NCBI GenBank assembly: GCA_002633005.1
Contig: NMRA01000116.1
Span: 1-64,000 of the forward strand
Reading direction: 5' to 3'
Length of the DNA: 64,000 bases
Origin: Phoronis australis
Lineage: Eukaryota > Animalia > Phoronida
Shown piece by piece: positions 12,395 to 27,373 of this stretch (its first letter is position 1; each line of letters opens with the position of its first letter). Position numbers and translations under genes: made by a program. The notes under the pieces were generated by a model. That model worked only from the letters and a program-made list of their open reading frames with translations, had not been told where the DNA came from and made no database searches.

Positions 12395-14582
12395 TTCACT
12401 CACTATCTGTCTCCAGAGTAGGCCTACAGACAATCAAAAATTACCAGACTGTAGTACAAACTTTGCTAGCAATAAAGTACACTTCTTTAATCTTAACTTT
12501 TATTTTTGTTGAGAAGTTTGATCAAATGAATTCTTCTTGTCAGCCCTCATGTGTGCCTTGTGTAGGTACTGATTGAAATGTCTGACATGTATTTGGCCAA
12601 ATATTTTCAAAGCTGTAGATTTTAACTCAGTTAAAATATATATTTTCTGAAAGCAGAAAGCCTGGAGAATTTTTTGTTTTACTTGTTACCACGCCAACAT
12701 CAATTGGATCAAAATTAAGCAAATAACTAGAATGGTATGTTGAGAGCAAAACTATGGTATCAATGGCCTGGCCAAGTTATTGTAGTTTATATAAATGTTG
12801 AAGATGGAATCTCAAATATGCTGTTACAGTTTCCTGTGTAACTTCTTATTTTTTCATGAAAATGGTGAAAGTTTTATTTCTTGATAACACTTCAAGCAAA
12901 AGAGGAACATTTTAAAAACAATTCCGTTCAGCTTTTTGGAGAAAATTGTACAGCTCATAGTATTCAGTCAGATTTTAACATTTGTTAGAGTCCTGCGTGT
13001 TCTTAAATCCAGAATAACCAGTTATCCTTGTGTCAGTGGAAAATGAGACACCATCAGTCTTAACAAAATTAAACAGTGGGTTGTTATGTGGCCTTAGAAT
13101 CTAAAGTTGGTGTCCCTGAAATTAAGAGTTGAGAAATCTGTGTGTGGAACATGTGTTTTGCGTCTTTTAAAGTGGTACAAACTCCCAGTTTTTAAAGCAC
13201 TTGTATACAACTTTTGTGCCAAAAGACTGCTGTTTATTTTAGTTTGGAATCTTTCTCTGGGCTAAACCAAGCTTAGCCCATCTGCAGTAACTTTCTTAAT
13301 TGAATCTGATTTTCAGCATTTGCCAGTTCTCATATATTCAATGTTCATTGATTCTCCCCATTAAAGCCCACTCATCTGCAATCACTGCCTCTTTTTTTTG
13401 CAAATGCAGATTCAGTTACCGGTACTGTGATACATTGATTCCTGCATTTGAATCTGTCGATTGCGAATATCGGTAATCATTAATTATTTGTTGCATATGT
13501 CTCGTCATTCATTTATTGTTGTGCAACCAAGCTTTATTAACTCTATGTTCAGTTAATGAAGAAGTCTTGTTGATTACAATTATGTAGGTTGATTAATTAT
13601 TTCTGTTTTGTGGAAGCTGTTGAATGCTAATGTAATCAGAGGATTCCCTTTGTTTCCAAAGAATGCGTGTGAATGAACTCGCTTGTTGGTGCTCAGTTGA
13701 ACATTATTCCTACAAGATGAGTATTGCGATGGCCTTTCCAGATCTCATGTTGAAGAAACCTCATCTCACTGGACGTTAGACAAATAGATGATAACTGCAG
13801 GAACATGAAGGTCGCCAATTGGAGCCCTGTTCTTACATACATATCTTTGAAACTATTAAACTGTCATCCACCTATATAAAGCAAAGACGATGTAAACTAA
13901 AAAGAGTTTGCTTTGTCTGCATCGCTTCTCATCCTGAGTGTAAATACACTCACAACTGTCAGTCGCCTGGACTATTATGGAAGGTCAACAAACACAGGTA
14001 TTTGACCAGGTACATGTGTTGTTGACAACAGGTATACAGATTGCCCAACTCCCTGCACCCTTTCTGTGTACCCGGAATTTGCAACTCATCATTTGCCAGA
14101 AAGCAAGCACTGTTCTTGATGTATTACTGGCACAATTGTGTCTATAAGATTCAGTTTAATTCCAGACCTACAATTTTAACCCATTGCATCTTTCAGTACA
14201 AGGTTCCTTTATACTATCTTGTATGTACTATGAAGGAATGGTAAATGCCTTGTCTGCTCCTGTTTGAGCTCAACAGGATTTGAAACTCAAATCTGGAATA
14301 CCAGTTGTTCAACCTTTCATTAAGTTAGAGGGCGATGATCCTGAAGTTGTTTTGAATTTCAAAGTGACACGTGGAACAGTAGGCAAAAAATATTAGACTT
14401 GAAATAAGCAACTGTAAGTTCAATCAAAATGCACTGAGAATGCTAAGGTGAACACAGAGACAACTATGTTGAGACAACTGTTCTGAAGTAACTACGGTTC
14501 ATTTAGTGGACGAATAAGAATGTTTATTAAGTTGAATTGCCTGGAGAGATGATAATGATTTTATGATGTAGATATTTTTATA

Positions 14583-15005
14583 GGCTGTTTCATACTAACT
14601 TAACTGTGGTATGAGCGTAGTGTTGATTTAAACTGCGAAGCTGTTCATACCAGCTTTGGTACTAAGTAACATGGAAGTAAATTGCAGGTGGCGCTATCAT
14701 CATCGAAGTGATCGCAAGGTAGCGCTGATGCATAAGGTGACATTTTAGCAGACTGAAAAATGATGGATTTTTGTCCGTGCACATTAAGTTGAAAACACGT
14801 GATAATTGACGTAAAACGTTTTTGTGATTCAACTGGTTATTATTTGAGCAAGAATACTACCAAATATTAGCCTTTGTTTGGCAAAAGCAGTGGTCCCTGG
14901 CGATAACCTGTATGAGAATGAAGTTGACCATTTATACCATGCCTTAGAGTGAACGCTCTGCTGTTACTACGGTGTTAACTGGATCCAGGACTGAAGTTAA
15001 CCATT
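14583..15005 (+). mobile_element. Diverged, truncated relative of the 11881-12394 MITE
   Basis: Shares ttcatactracttaact, catcgaagt.atcgcaaggtagcgctgatgcat, cagtgg.ccctgg.gataac and gatcc.ggact..agttaacc in the same order. Confidence 0.7.
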
Positions 15006-17723
15006 CCCAAATAGTTAATTTACTACTATCAAACCTTCAACGTTGACTGTGGTTAACTACGAAGTTAAGTGTCACTGTTCCCATCAGCTGATTCAGTGGA
15101 GTTATCGCAAGGTGGCGCTAATGTGACCTTCGCATTTTGCAAGTATGGATGGTGCACTGTCTGCTGCTTTTATTACAGTCTTGACTCTGTTATTGCGGTC
15201 TTGTTTTTATCGCAAAAACACAAACGTAAACATGACAACCCTTGGCTGTTACTTGCCAAACGACGGTCACAACTTGTCTTGCATCAGAGTAAAAATAAGC
15301 CGACAACAAATTCTTAAGCCCTCTTTTCTGGGACAGCACGTGCGACATATATATGAGTCATCTGTCACTCACATGTTGCAGCCAATGTATCACGTACTCC
15401 AGCGGTGGGAACGTAGAGGTGCTCACCTCCCAAGTCACACATCAAAAGAGTACGGCGGCCGTTCTAAATAAAATATTGCACTGGCTTGGCTTGATTAAGT
15501 GCTTGGGTGTTGCATATACTCGAATGCATGTGACCATAAGATAGCGCTGATTCAACTTGAGTCTTGTGGCACATTCTTTGAAATTAACATCGGGAAAGGG
15601 TATACTTACAAACCCCGCACGAGAACGTCGGGTTTGGGTACACTTTGGAGGCACGCACTGAAAAAAGTGTGCAGTCAGCATGTCGATGGGTTGTGCTATG
15701 ACGGGAACGGCGCATTTCCCGGACTTCAAAGTATAAAATGCCTTGTGCAATTGATCTTTCAAATCGAACAATAGTTTAAATATGACAACCTATTCGCAGC
15801 GCTAACTTTGTCCTTTTTGCTCAATATTTTGTTTCCATCTCAATCGCTTAGATTTTCCTGCAGGTCTCACTAATCGGCGTGCAGATAGCTGCGTCGGTTA
15901 CAGGTTAAATTTCGTATGCCTTGTGTAAATTGCCTTAGTCTTCAAATGACGGTCCGTAGCGAGTTCCATGACAATTGGCCAGTAAGTTTCCCCTTCTATT
16001 TCACTTTACTCAGATTCCTCTGGCTTGAACATACATGGCGCTAATCCATCCAAATGTTGTTTCTACATTTTCTTAATCTTCCATTTCGCAATACTGACTT
16101 ACTGAACGTCTGTCCATTGCAAGGTACTATACTTTTCTAACCCAAGTGCGAAAAGTCTCAGGTCATTCTTTTTCATCATGCTGCGAGTGAGCCTTTCGCT
16201 TCGTTAAGATGTGTAACGCCGACTTAATACCCGACATAATCCCGTAATTATCACGGAGCGACTACAAACAAATTAATTCTCCGGTACACGCATTCCACCA
16301 GGATGTCACCATGGGTCCGATAAATCTCCATTCATTGCAAACCTGTCCCCCAATGCACGCAGGGACCCTGTTCGTTAAATCTGTTCGTTAAACCCCGACG
16401 TCTTTGTGAATAAGCATTTGATGTTAGACTGAGTAAGTGGTCCCCACCGAGAACGCGCTACTATCTTCGGCGACGCTAAACTATCAAGGGACAGTGAGTT
16501 GTAGGATATTACATGCACGTGGAAGTGTCGAGATAAGTTCCGTATAGTATTTGAGCTTGGTTGTCTCTAACAGTTGTAGAAAATCTGTGACTTGAAATAT
16601 GCACCAGACACCGTAAGGTAAGCTTCCTGTGGCAACGGACTGTTCGATACGTCTTGGGCACCAACGATGATGTCATTTGCGTCAATTAGAATGAGCGCCA
16701 CCTAAAGTTTTTTTTCGGCGCTAAATGGGGTTCATGATGGGGTCGTACGATGGTAATTGGCGTAATTAGCTAATGTCAGGAGTAAAGGGAGGGATGATAC
16801 GTTTGTGTCGATCAATGATACAGACATTTAACTTTTTCAAAAGTCATTTGGCCGTTATGTAGGGTTCCCCATAAACAAAACGAGACAGTGTGGTTTCTCT
16901 CAGGGTGACCTTGATGACTCAACATTCATTGTCTGTAAAGACATGTCTCCTAGGGAGACTGAGATAACAAACAGAAGTACTACCATTCAGGTACTTGGTT
17001 CTTTGGTATTACAGGTGACTGCAGTTACATCCTAGAATGTGTATCATCTTTTCTAGCAAATCATTGGAACGGAACTTCTCACAGCTGACAGAATCCATTG
17101 AATTGCATTAGGTGTATCACATTAGGTTAAAAGTTTACACTTATATTATTGAGCTGATATCTGAAGAATGAACGCAAGTTCTTTAGGACACAATACGACC
17201 TATACAAGTGAAAGTTTGTTTTTTCATTTTTTATTGAATATATTACACCAAATCAATAAGTTTCCATTTTCAAATTCTGCACCATAGATACCATCTGAAA
17301 ATACTTGAATGATAAGCTACCGTGGTATTTGCAACAAATTTGATAACCTTGAAAAATTAAAAAGGTGAACTTTGTCGAGTCATTTTTGTCTTGAGATCCT
17401 ACCTACTAGTGAATAGATTCAAAATACTCAAGCACACCACCCTGTTTGTATTACTCTGTCCCTTGGGGCATGTGTTTCTTTTATGCAACTTCACTTACTG
17501 GATGGCCCTTCTTTCAACTGTGGGATTAGGCAACACCAAACTCTTTTCAGGCAGAAAGCTGGGACATCTGAAAGTGCCTAGCTGTGTTCTCTCCACATTC
17601 ACCTTGCTAGTTTTTTTGTAAGCACTTTCATCGCTTAAACTTCGAAGACTCGTCCTATTGGCCTTAGGTGTTCACTGTTCCGCACAGACAGACAACATCT
17701 GCCTTACCCTAGTTATCAGATAA

Positions 17724-17770
17724 TGTGTGTGTGTATGTGTGTGTGTGCGTGTGTGCGTGTGTGTGTGTGT
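17724..17770. repeat. (GT)n microsatellite, interrupted
   Basis: tgtgtgtgtgtatgtgtgtgtgtgcgtgtgtgcgtgtgtgtgtgtgt. Confidence 0.95.
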
Positions 17771-20700
17771 GGACTCTCCACTTTAAAGTGGATAAGCTAT
17801 ATTGTTGTAGGGTTAGAGGGTGTGTGTAGACAGGACTTAAGAGGCCTATCCATTTATTGTCGCATTTATCAATTTATGGCAGATAGTGAGTATGTTTTCC
17901 CATCAAATTTCGCTCGACTTCAACTCGGGTAGTGAGGAAACAACAAACTGTTGGAAAAATGACACCTTTGCGGACCTCTCTTCTTTCTGGCTAAAATGCT
18001 AGCGTTTTAACCAGTAAAGTGTCTGGCATTCTCTCCATTATGCCATTGTGAATATACTAGTATTTCAGTACAATTCATGGCACCCTTACATTCCGTCAAC
18101 ACACAGCCTACCTTAGAACAACTAACAGCGCACTCAGTACAACTTACCAAACCTTATGTAGTGGCCTCCATTCTAAGTTTCTAACTGTATATCAAAAAAA
18201 AACAAGCTTTGTCAACTAGTGAAAGTATATATTATCCGAAAGAAAAAAGATCAGGGATTATTAATATATGATTTATGTTTGTTTATCGGTATTATTATTA
18301 TTACGCTAACAACTTTTTAAGTCAAAAGTTCATGTTTAAGAAAGGTGCATTCATAGCAAAATAACCCCTCTGTCGATTTTAATGAAACCTTTTTTAAATG
18401 AAAACTTCACCAGTTAGCTCAAATCAAGTTGCAAAACTTAAGGATTTTTTAAAAAATAGAAGTCATGTTCGTGTTTGTTACATTACGCAAAAACTAGGCC
18501 TTTATATCAAAAATTCTCTAATATTGTTTTTGAGATTGATGAATAAATATTAATTTTGGAAATTAGTTTCACGAAATCCATGTAGCCATTTTTGAGAACT
18601 CATATTCCTAAGTTCAAATTAAGTCGATTTACCGAAGCCGAGAAAAGGCCAATTATGTGGCGTGACGTGGAAATCTCAAGGACTTTGGATAATTATTCGG
18701 TGGAAACTTGTTTTTGGTCAACATAACCTATACATCCTTTAGCTATGTTCATTATGTCAACATTTAAACGCAGTGTTATTCGAAATTGCAGTGTGCAATT
18801 AACTTAATTATCATTTAATTCAAACCAAGTCGATTTCTAATGCTTAGACTTAAACTAGGACACAGGCCGAGCCAGCATATTACGGTAAGTGGGACAAGCT
18901 GGTGCATTGTCGTCCACTTTGAAGTTGGTCAACAGTTCATTGTCAAACCCGTGCTGGGAGATTGATATGAAAATCAAGTACGAAAAGGATACAAAAATCT
19001 GGTCGGTGGTTTAATCGCGTCGTGAGCATGAGATCGAAACAGTGAAATGTCAAATTGTCCTAATTAAGGAATTTGGGTGAGCATTTATCTATTTTCACAA
19101 CTTGCTGTGTTCGTGAACACAAAGTCACAGAGGCATGAGGTGACTCGTAGCATTCGTTCTCAACTGTCGTATGCATGCAAACACACAACTCTCCCGATCA
19201 AAGCTAAATTTTGTTTTCGTTTTCCCGGCATCTGTCTATCATATGTACACGTCATTGACACAATATTATGGCGACTCGGTGAATGAAAGGACTGAGGGTA
19301 CACACAGAGCTGCTCCAGTCTGTGCCTGGTAGAAGATTCGACTTTAGTAACGGCGCCGTAACCTTTTACCTCGGATAAGTTGCAAACAAATTTTCACGTG
19401 GTTGTGCGGTTCTAAGGTGGTTCTGCTAAATATTTTTTTCTCGTTACATGGTATATAGAATTTCGTATTTGAAGTTCCCCGAGGATGAAGATAAGGTGTT
19501 TTGCTAGACATATGTGAAACATTGTAAAAATTGCCAAGTTTTGTGAATAAGGTTTGAGATATCCTTAACTGAGTGGAGCGTCAACTCACATACCGGTATC
19601 ATATAACCAGGGCTAAGGCGGAAGTTGTCACTCTGCGTGTGGCAATGAACAGTTAATGCGAATACAGGGTGCAAAAGAAGACCAGACTGTATGTAACCAC
19701 AGCTAATAGTTTATACTTATGCCTTGCTACAGGTTTGCAGCCACACAGCTAGGGATACAGAAGTGACCCAATTTACTCTAAAACAAATTACTCTACCTCA
19801 ATAAGGTGGAGTAACTTGTCACAACTAAGAGAAGTTGCACTAGTTCAAGTAGCGTCCACACAGCCACTAAACCTACTGTATTCGTTCCAGGAGTAACTTA
19901 TTCCAGGGCAAGTGTGTGTGTGTGTGAAGGTACTTTGCACAGGCAGACTCCCTCAACTGATAAAACCTATTAGGCTTCTTATCTCAGCAGTAGGCTTGTG
20001 CATGTATTGACTCTGGAATTATTAGCTTTGAATATGTAATGTGTAAATTATTACTTGGATTGCCTTATCGGCAGATTAATTGAAAATGTACACAAATTTT
20101 GTGATAAACTTGACCAGAGGTTTTCATGCCTTTTGTGTTTTAAGTTGTTATATTCTGTTCTAGTGTTTGAAATTTGTTTGATACTAATGCCAACATGCAA
20201 GTTTACTACTTCATGAATTCTTCTTGAAAGTCATCGTACTTTATTGGTCGTTACTTAAAGTAGTTTTAAAGTAAAAATACTTAAAAGTTTCAAATCATCA
20301 AAATTCAAATGATCTACTTCATTGTGTCGTCAAGGATCTCTGAATCTGTCTGTGTTGACTAAATAAAGACCTGTGTGCAATTGAAACTCTTAAATTGGCA
20401 TAAGGTTCTGTCAAATTATTCTTTTTTCATACAATGGGAAGTGCATTTAGTATACGGGTCTTGGGTTTTAAGAGATATGAGTCTGTAACATAGTCTTATG
20501 GGGTTGAATCATTGAAACACGTTTTAAGGAGCTTTGCCCAAGGGATGACTTTGTGTCATTAAAGTTTTGGGAGGAATAAAATGTTGTGTTGGGTCGATGG
20601 CATACCAAACTTTATTTCAAATCAAACAAACATGATTTTTTTGTTTTCCTTTCTTATCAGCAGTGGGATGGGTATCAGTGTGGTATTGATAAGTTGGTGG

Positions 20701-23700
20701 GATTGGAGGATGCCTTAAAGTATGCTTTTGACACTGACACTATGTACAAAATGTGAAACAACCTGAAACTGCATTTTGCCCTGGTTTTAGTTGTATGAAA
20801 AATGAAAATTGAATTAGGCTTTTTACACTCTTAAAATTGATGTCGTGATATTCCTTACCGTGGTAGGATTCTAATTCTGTTTGCAACCAAAAAGGATTTA
20901 AAATTTATTGGGGCGTGTACCAATCCTAAGATTACGAGTTCTAAAACGGTGCTCGTGCGCATAGCATTGCCTGTGGAACTTGAGTTGGTGAAGGAAATGC
21001 AATCCTATCACATGAGACTGCTTTTGGGAGAGTAAAAGGTTTGATACGGTTTTCGGTTTTAGCCAGCTTGTGTTTTTTGTCTTTGAAAACATATGACCCA
21101 TTCATTAGCATACCTTTAAAGTAGTCTTTGTAGCACTTCAGTAATATTGAGACTGTTATGTGGGAAGTATTTCTCATCTTATTATTGAAGTTTGGTAATA
21201 AATCAGTAGGATGCAATTTCAATTTTCAACGTATCCATGGAAGTGTGGAATTATTTTCCTTTGGTATATTATATTACTTTATGCATTTACTGTATTTTTT
21301 TCCGTGACGTGAATCATTGTACGCTTTTGTCGTCAGTGTTTCTAGCAGATTTTACTTTGAAATTCAGTTTATGTAGGTCAAAATTCAGTTTATTTATGTT
21401 CGTCAAAAATTACATAAATCCGATTGTAGGCCAAAGCAAATTAAACTTTAAGACATTCCACTATCGTTGACATGTTTATAAGAAAAAAATTAATAATGAA
21501 CTTCAAGTTTAATTTTTCAATTTCAAGTCGTAAAGAAACCAGTTTTAAAATATCGCAGATACATATCAGATAGTATTTAATATTTTCAGGTACTGTTGGT
21601 TTTAAGTCAAGAACACAAATTTGATGTTCCATCTTGACAAACACAATGGAAAGCCCAGAGTAACGGGATTTTTTGTTTACCGATTTAGAACTGGGGACTA
21701 ACATTCTTTCTCAAGCACAATAATTTTAGACCCAATTCTAAAGGTGATTTAGACCAGTCTAAACTTGGGATGCTTCATTGTTTAATCCACCTCTTTACTT
21801 CGGAGTTCACTTGTGCTGTTAACTTTGATTCAAGACCGATGGTATTCCCATTGACCGGGCTTCGAGGCCAACTGGGAATGGCATTTTACATGTTTTAGTC
21901 GGGTCATGGGGGAAAGCATATTTTATGATGGTAGGTTATCAGACTGATCTAAGACACTTCCAACCAGGAGCTACTTCAAGTGATAGGACCTCACTATAGA
22001 AAAGCAGGATGCTTGATTACATAATTTCTAGCTGGGAGACAGCTACTGAACTCTACCTTGGACTAATAAAGATTCTAATTTCAAAGAAGCTTGTGTTGTT
22101 GCACTGCTGGAACCCAAAATAAGCCCAACCTCCTTTTCTGCATGTACACATTATTCCCAGACTGTGTTTGTCTGTATTCTAAGTGCCTATTCGCCCTTTT
22201 ATGCAGGCATTCAATTGACACTAAATGCCATTGGTAATGGCATTCATTATGCAGCCATGGGCATTATTCATGCTTGATGGTTCTGTTGATGTCAAGGGAC
22301 ATTTACCTTATGTCTGGGCAACACACTGGGAGAGTAAACAGCTTACTGTTAGAAACCAATTGTACCCATGTCAATACATGTGTTTTTATCCCATTACAAA
22401 CTTTAGGAATATTGAACACAAATAAAAATAGTATGTTAGTTACCACTATGAAGCCTCACTATCAGTGCTATACCATACTGGGTTAACAACTAGGGTGCTT
22501 ACAGTCCTTTAAGTCTCACTAAGCTTGGACACAATATGGCGGATCGGTCACAATTTTTTCCTTTTTTGATAAAATCCCCGTAGCATAAAATCATTGGTTT
22601 ACCTTGTTCAATTTCTGTACCATAGCTTAGGTCAGAAAATGTTTAGAAACTGTGAGCATACACAACAATGAACATAGAAGATATTGAAAAACAGAAAAGT
22701 ACGATTTGGGTGGGCGAGCATAGGCATTTAAAAATGAAATTTTGACAGGTTAGGAGAAGGAAGGATGTTTACCAAAATGGCCGGTTCAACTCAATGTGTC
22801 AGACACAGTGCAAGTGTCAAATAAAAAAGTCTGAAAGTGTAGAAGATGAGACAATATTTTGAAATTCTGACAGTTATTCAACTGTATGTAAATGAGAGAG
22901 ATGAAATAAAACAAGGTTGGCATTTTGAAAGGAAGAGAAACATAAGCAATTTCAAGGAAATCTCAGTGGTATAAATTCGGGTTAGGCTAGATGTTTAAAA
23001 ATGAAAGTGTGTAAGTATCGCGGTGAGTGTTTAGCTGAACCTAGGCCTCAGTGGGGGCATTGGACAAGAAAAGTAGTTCAATATCAGAACTGCTAGACAA
23101 ATACTCCTTTCCTAAGTCATAACTATGCAAAGCAAATTTGCCTTCCTATCTATTGAAAACTCAGAAGCAGGCAGCCAGGTTTATTGTCCTGGGCGCCTTT
23201 TGACACTCCATCCATTTACCTGTTTAACAGATTGATATGACTGCCTGCTGACAAATATTTTGTATATAGGTATTTGTGTATGATGCATAAATGTTTTCAC
23301 AATTATGTACCAACTTATTTATCTGGTAACTTAATACTCGTTCGAAACAGCCACCAAATAAGGATCAGGTTCTCTTCCGCAAGCAATTTTGTTGTCCTCA
23401 GACACAGAACTTGTACAGCTTCATAAAGTTTTGTTGATAATGTATTTAAACTAGAATCGAACTTCTCAAAATACAAAAATATTCTTCTCCAAACTACTAG
23501 GCGTGTATATAGAACAGAAGAGCGCTGCTAGAGATGTGACAGTGTGACCACTATGTTGCATCTTTGCCTGTTGCAATTTCCCCCTTGGAGCTAATAGTTG
23601 AGTGATTACAAATGTTTGGCTCATAACTTAGGGATAAATTTTTGTAACAAGGTCATTAATAGCAGGTTTATGACTTTTTATATTTATTTTGTTTTGTTTT

Positions 23701-24874
23701 CTATAAGCGTCTGGGAAATGAAAAGGGAGTCCATTAGTTTGTGTCAACTACAAAATAAGTAATAATTGAACTGCGTATTTGCTGTTCATATTACCTAACA
23801 AAAAAAGAATTTATAAATGTTCCTGTGTAAAGTTGATTTCTGTTCTTATTCTCATTGGCTGCAATTGTTATTTTATGGAATGGGAATGTTGATTCCGTGG
23901 AGTTGCACTTTGTCAAAAATAAGTTGTTGATTGAAAAATAAAATATCATGTGCAATAAAATAAATAATATCTACAAATACTACTTCTACTTCTCCATAAA
24001 ACTATAAAATGGTAAAAATCTCACCAATTTAGGACACAATATGGCTGACATGTGAAATTTTGTTTTCTCGTGATGCTATATTCAAGTTCATTCCAAATTA
24101 GCTACCAACAGACAATATTTTGAAAAATTTTAGTCATGATTCACAACCATGTTGTTAGAATCCCTTTAAAGATAAAGAAAGCACTTTTCGACTATTATTT
24201 TTGTTCTAAACCAATGAAAAACCAACTACAAATAGTTTTATAGGTTGAAACTTTCATCAGAATTTAACAAGCCTGGTTTGAAAAGTGTTCTTTTCTCAAG
24301 ATTTTTATGGTCTGAGATGATGGATAATGGAGAATAAACTGTTTTCAATTCTTCATTGTTCTTGTGTTGTGGTAAGCAAATTCTTGCCTTATCTGCACAT
24401 GTTTGCCTTGGTTGAGTAAATAAAAGCATGTGGTTAGGGGAGAAACACTGCATGCTGATTATTTTTGAGAAATGGGGAAGATAGATTTCGTGTGATGCGT
24501 AAACATGAACTTAAAGCAAATACTGGTCACTCTCTTCCCTGTTTTGTAACCACCGTTTCGCAGAAAATCGAATTCATCATTGACTTTATATCTTCACTTG
24601 TTTCAGATCATGATGTGACCAACAAGTGAATTCTGTTTTGTTAAATTTCTACACATAAGTAAAGATTTAGAAAATGTCAGTCTTTTACAAGCGTAGTTTG
24701 CTGTGTGTAGAATGTCACAAAACATTTGCTAAAATTACCATTATTTGAAAAAAGGTAATCAGCTATTGAAAAATAGAGAATTACCTCTTGGGCCTTCTCT
24801 GAATGTTGACATGGCATGTGCTGCCTCCTGTAGTATTACTATTGGTTCTTTATTATTGACATCTTGAAACTTAT

Positions 24875-24977
24875 GGGGAATAGAGTAGTTACTTATTTGC
24901 GACCTGTTTGTGTTTGAGAACCGAAAGCTAGGTCCTCAAATACAAACAGGTCGCCGATAGCTAACTACTCTATCCCC
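24875..24977. mobile_element. Palindromic hairpin element
   Basis: About 47-bp arms ggggaatagagtagtta...gcgacctgtttgtgtttgagaacc / ggtcctcaaatacaaacaggtcgc...taactactctatcccc around an 8-nt loop. Confidence 0.8.
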
Positions 24978-25038
24978 TAAACTATGTAACGGTGCCAGCT
25001 ATGAACATTCATTCTGTCATCTTGAAACTTGTTTTCAG

Positions 25039-25094
25039 ACTTGATCAAGGGAATTGTGCAAGGAACATTTGACATTGGGAAAAACTGGTCGGAA
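25039..25094 (+). CDS. prom: Prominin coding exon 2
   Basis: ttttcag|AC...GAA|gtaagt; (D)LIKGIVQGTFDIGKNWSE; phase 1 to 0 links the neighbouring exons exactly. Confidence 0.85.
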
Positions 25095-27164
25095 GTAAGT
25101 ATTTTTCATTTCAATTATTTTAAGTTATGTGGAACCTTGTTTAGATAAATAAATATGACTGTCACATTGGGACATCTCATTTCTCACAATGGTGAGTGCT
25201 GAATGTTTGATTTGATTTTGAGATCTTCCCAAAAAATCAGGCTGCGAGTTGCAAGTTCTATGATTGCATTGTTGTGGGAATTTAACTTATAAGTGTTATT
25301 TTTGACTGAGTGAGCTGGTTGCCTTCATGCTTGTTTTTTCTATCTTTGAAGTTGGCTGTGTTTGATTGGCAATGAAGAGTTCATTATAACTTTGGAAAGA
25401 TATCTCAATAAAAATATATAAGCATCAAAATAATAAAGTGGTTCTGAGCTGGTACTTGTTCACCGGCTTTCACTTCAAAGCCAACCTATGCCCAGGTTTG
25501 AGTCATGGGCTCGTCCAAGATTTCAAAAACACACTGTCCAAAATGCGTTTCCCAATTTCACCTGTAACGCCTGACAGCATTTTAATGACCTCGAGTCAAC
25601 GTGCTATTATTGTGTCATAGGTTATTGTGGAGACAGGGTTCAGCAATACAGTTTTTCACACCTTACATCATTGCTAAGTCAACTTGTTTATAATGGACAG
25701 GCCAATTAGCTCCCAATGCTGTTGCCAGCAAGTTAAAAGAAATACCCATGCTCACGTCTTTACTATACATTGGCGTCCAGTCGCTAGGGTGTATAAATTT
25801 GAGTCAGGGTGTATAAATTTGAGTCGGAGTGTCCACTTGGCACCATTGAACTAGCAGCTTTTGTATAACTTGGACAGGGTTGCAGATTTGTTGAAAATCA
25901 TTTAAAGGGACATAAACGTCAGGAAAAGTGTTTCTGAGATTAGTACTAGGACAGACTCAAACTCATGACCTTAGTGGTTGCAGCCTGCACCTTTACTAGC
26001 ATATTTAAATTCCATTGTATAAGTATCAGAGAACTTAATCATGTTGTTAAGTGGTAACGTTTCAGTTTCATCGAATGTCTGGTAGACAACTGAGTATTGG
26101 CAACTCTGTGTGTGATAAAATCACAAAAACTCAACGCATTTTGGTGTCTTGTAGCTCTGGTCAAGCAGACAACTTCAAGAAGTCCCAGTCGACACTAATT
26201 CCAAAAATTTGTTTCACGGCTTCAAAAGCGATGATGTCCTTTTAATGTGCATTTAGAATTTTGCAATAACTGTAAAAACAGCATTAAACTTATACTTCTT
26301 CTAGATGAGGTCAATTGTTGCATTGTATTAAAGCAATGTTCAACTTAATGTTCAGTGCATAGTTACTTGTTGTGTATTTTTTATTATTGATAACCTATAT
26401 ATTGATGATTAAAGCAATATTTAATTGTGCTTTCTGTCAAAGAATCAAGCTTTCATTTGGAGCATTTACCATTATGAAATTGTTCTCAAATTGTTCTTTA
26501 GACAAAATAAGTGTCATTCTGGACTAAGAAAGAATTGACAATATTTTATTTCCCAAGCTCGTGACATCTCAGGTCACACTGTGAGATTTTATAAACTTAG
26601 TGTAAGAAATAGCAAATACTGTCAACTTTTACCGAACACATAGGTTATTTCTTAATTTAGTCAGGAACGAGGCAAATGGCCTGAATCAACATCTTTTGAC
26701 AGAAAGCATGGTTCTATGTCGCTTTAACTGTTATGCTGGTTATTGCTTCATTGTCCACTTATGTTTCCTTTCAGCTTGTGACTGAGACCTTCATTGCAGG
26801 ATGATGTTGCCCTCCTGTTCCTATCTTCCTTCATGAATACTAACTAGGCTACTTTAGCCAACAATTGCAGACTTTGTGGCTATCTCGGTCCTGCTTGTGT
26901 TGATATCAGTCGTTGCTAATATTCTATTTCAGTTGGTGACTAGAAACCTCATAATATCACTTGCCTGCTTGCGTTGATATCAATATCATTACCATGACCA
27001 AGAGCTTGTGCTGATATTGTTATTATTCAGCTGTTGACCATCACCGTCCTGCTCCCCATATCATTTGATTAGAAATGGTCATGTAAAATATCTGTTGTCA
27101 CCAAGACTTTAATGATATCCCCTGCCTACTCATGTTAGTATCACTATTGTGATCATTTTTTCAG

Positions 27165-27373
27165 CTTGTGTCCAAGAACTTCATGGGTATCGCCGTCCTT
27201 CTTGTGTTCGGTATTCTCTTCGTCTTCCTATTCCCTCTCGTTGGCTGGTGTTTCTGCTGTTGTCGGTGTTGCAATAACTGTGGCGGTAAAAAGAAGCAAG
27301 ACTACAGCAAATACTTCCTACACAAGCGCGTCATCTTCGCCGTTTTTCTGAGTCTCTGCGCCGTTTTCATCCT
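27165..27373 (+). CDS. prom: Prominin coding exon 3 (TM1, Cys-rich loop, start of TM2)
   Basis: GILFVFLFPLVGWCFCCCRCCNNCGG is the prominin signature; AG / CT|gtacgt, phase 0 to 2. Confidence 0.97.

Noticed and set aside
15442-16179. Single long minus-strand pseudogene frame
   Set aside because: Six stops in its first 136 codons is close to random expectation, and no motif was recognised; kept only within the CpG-block note.
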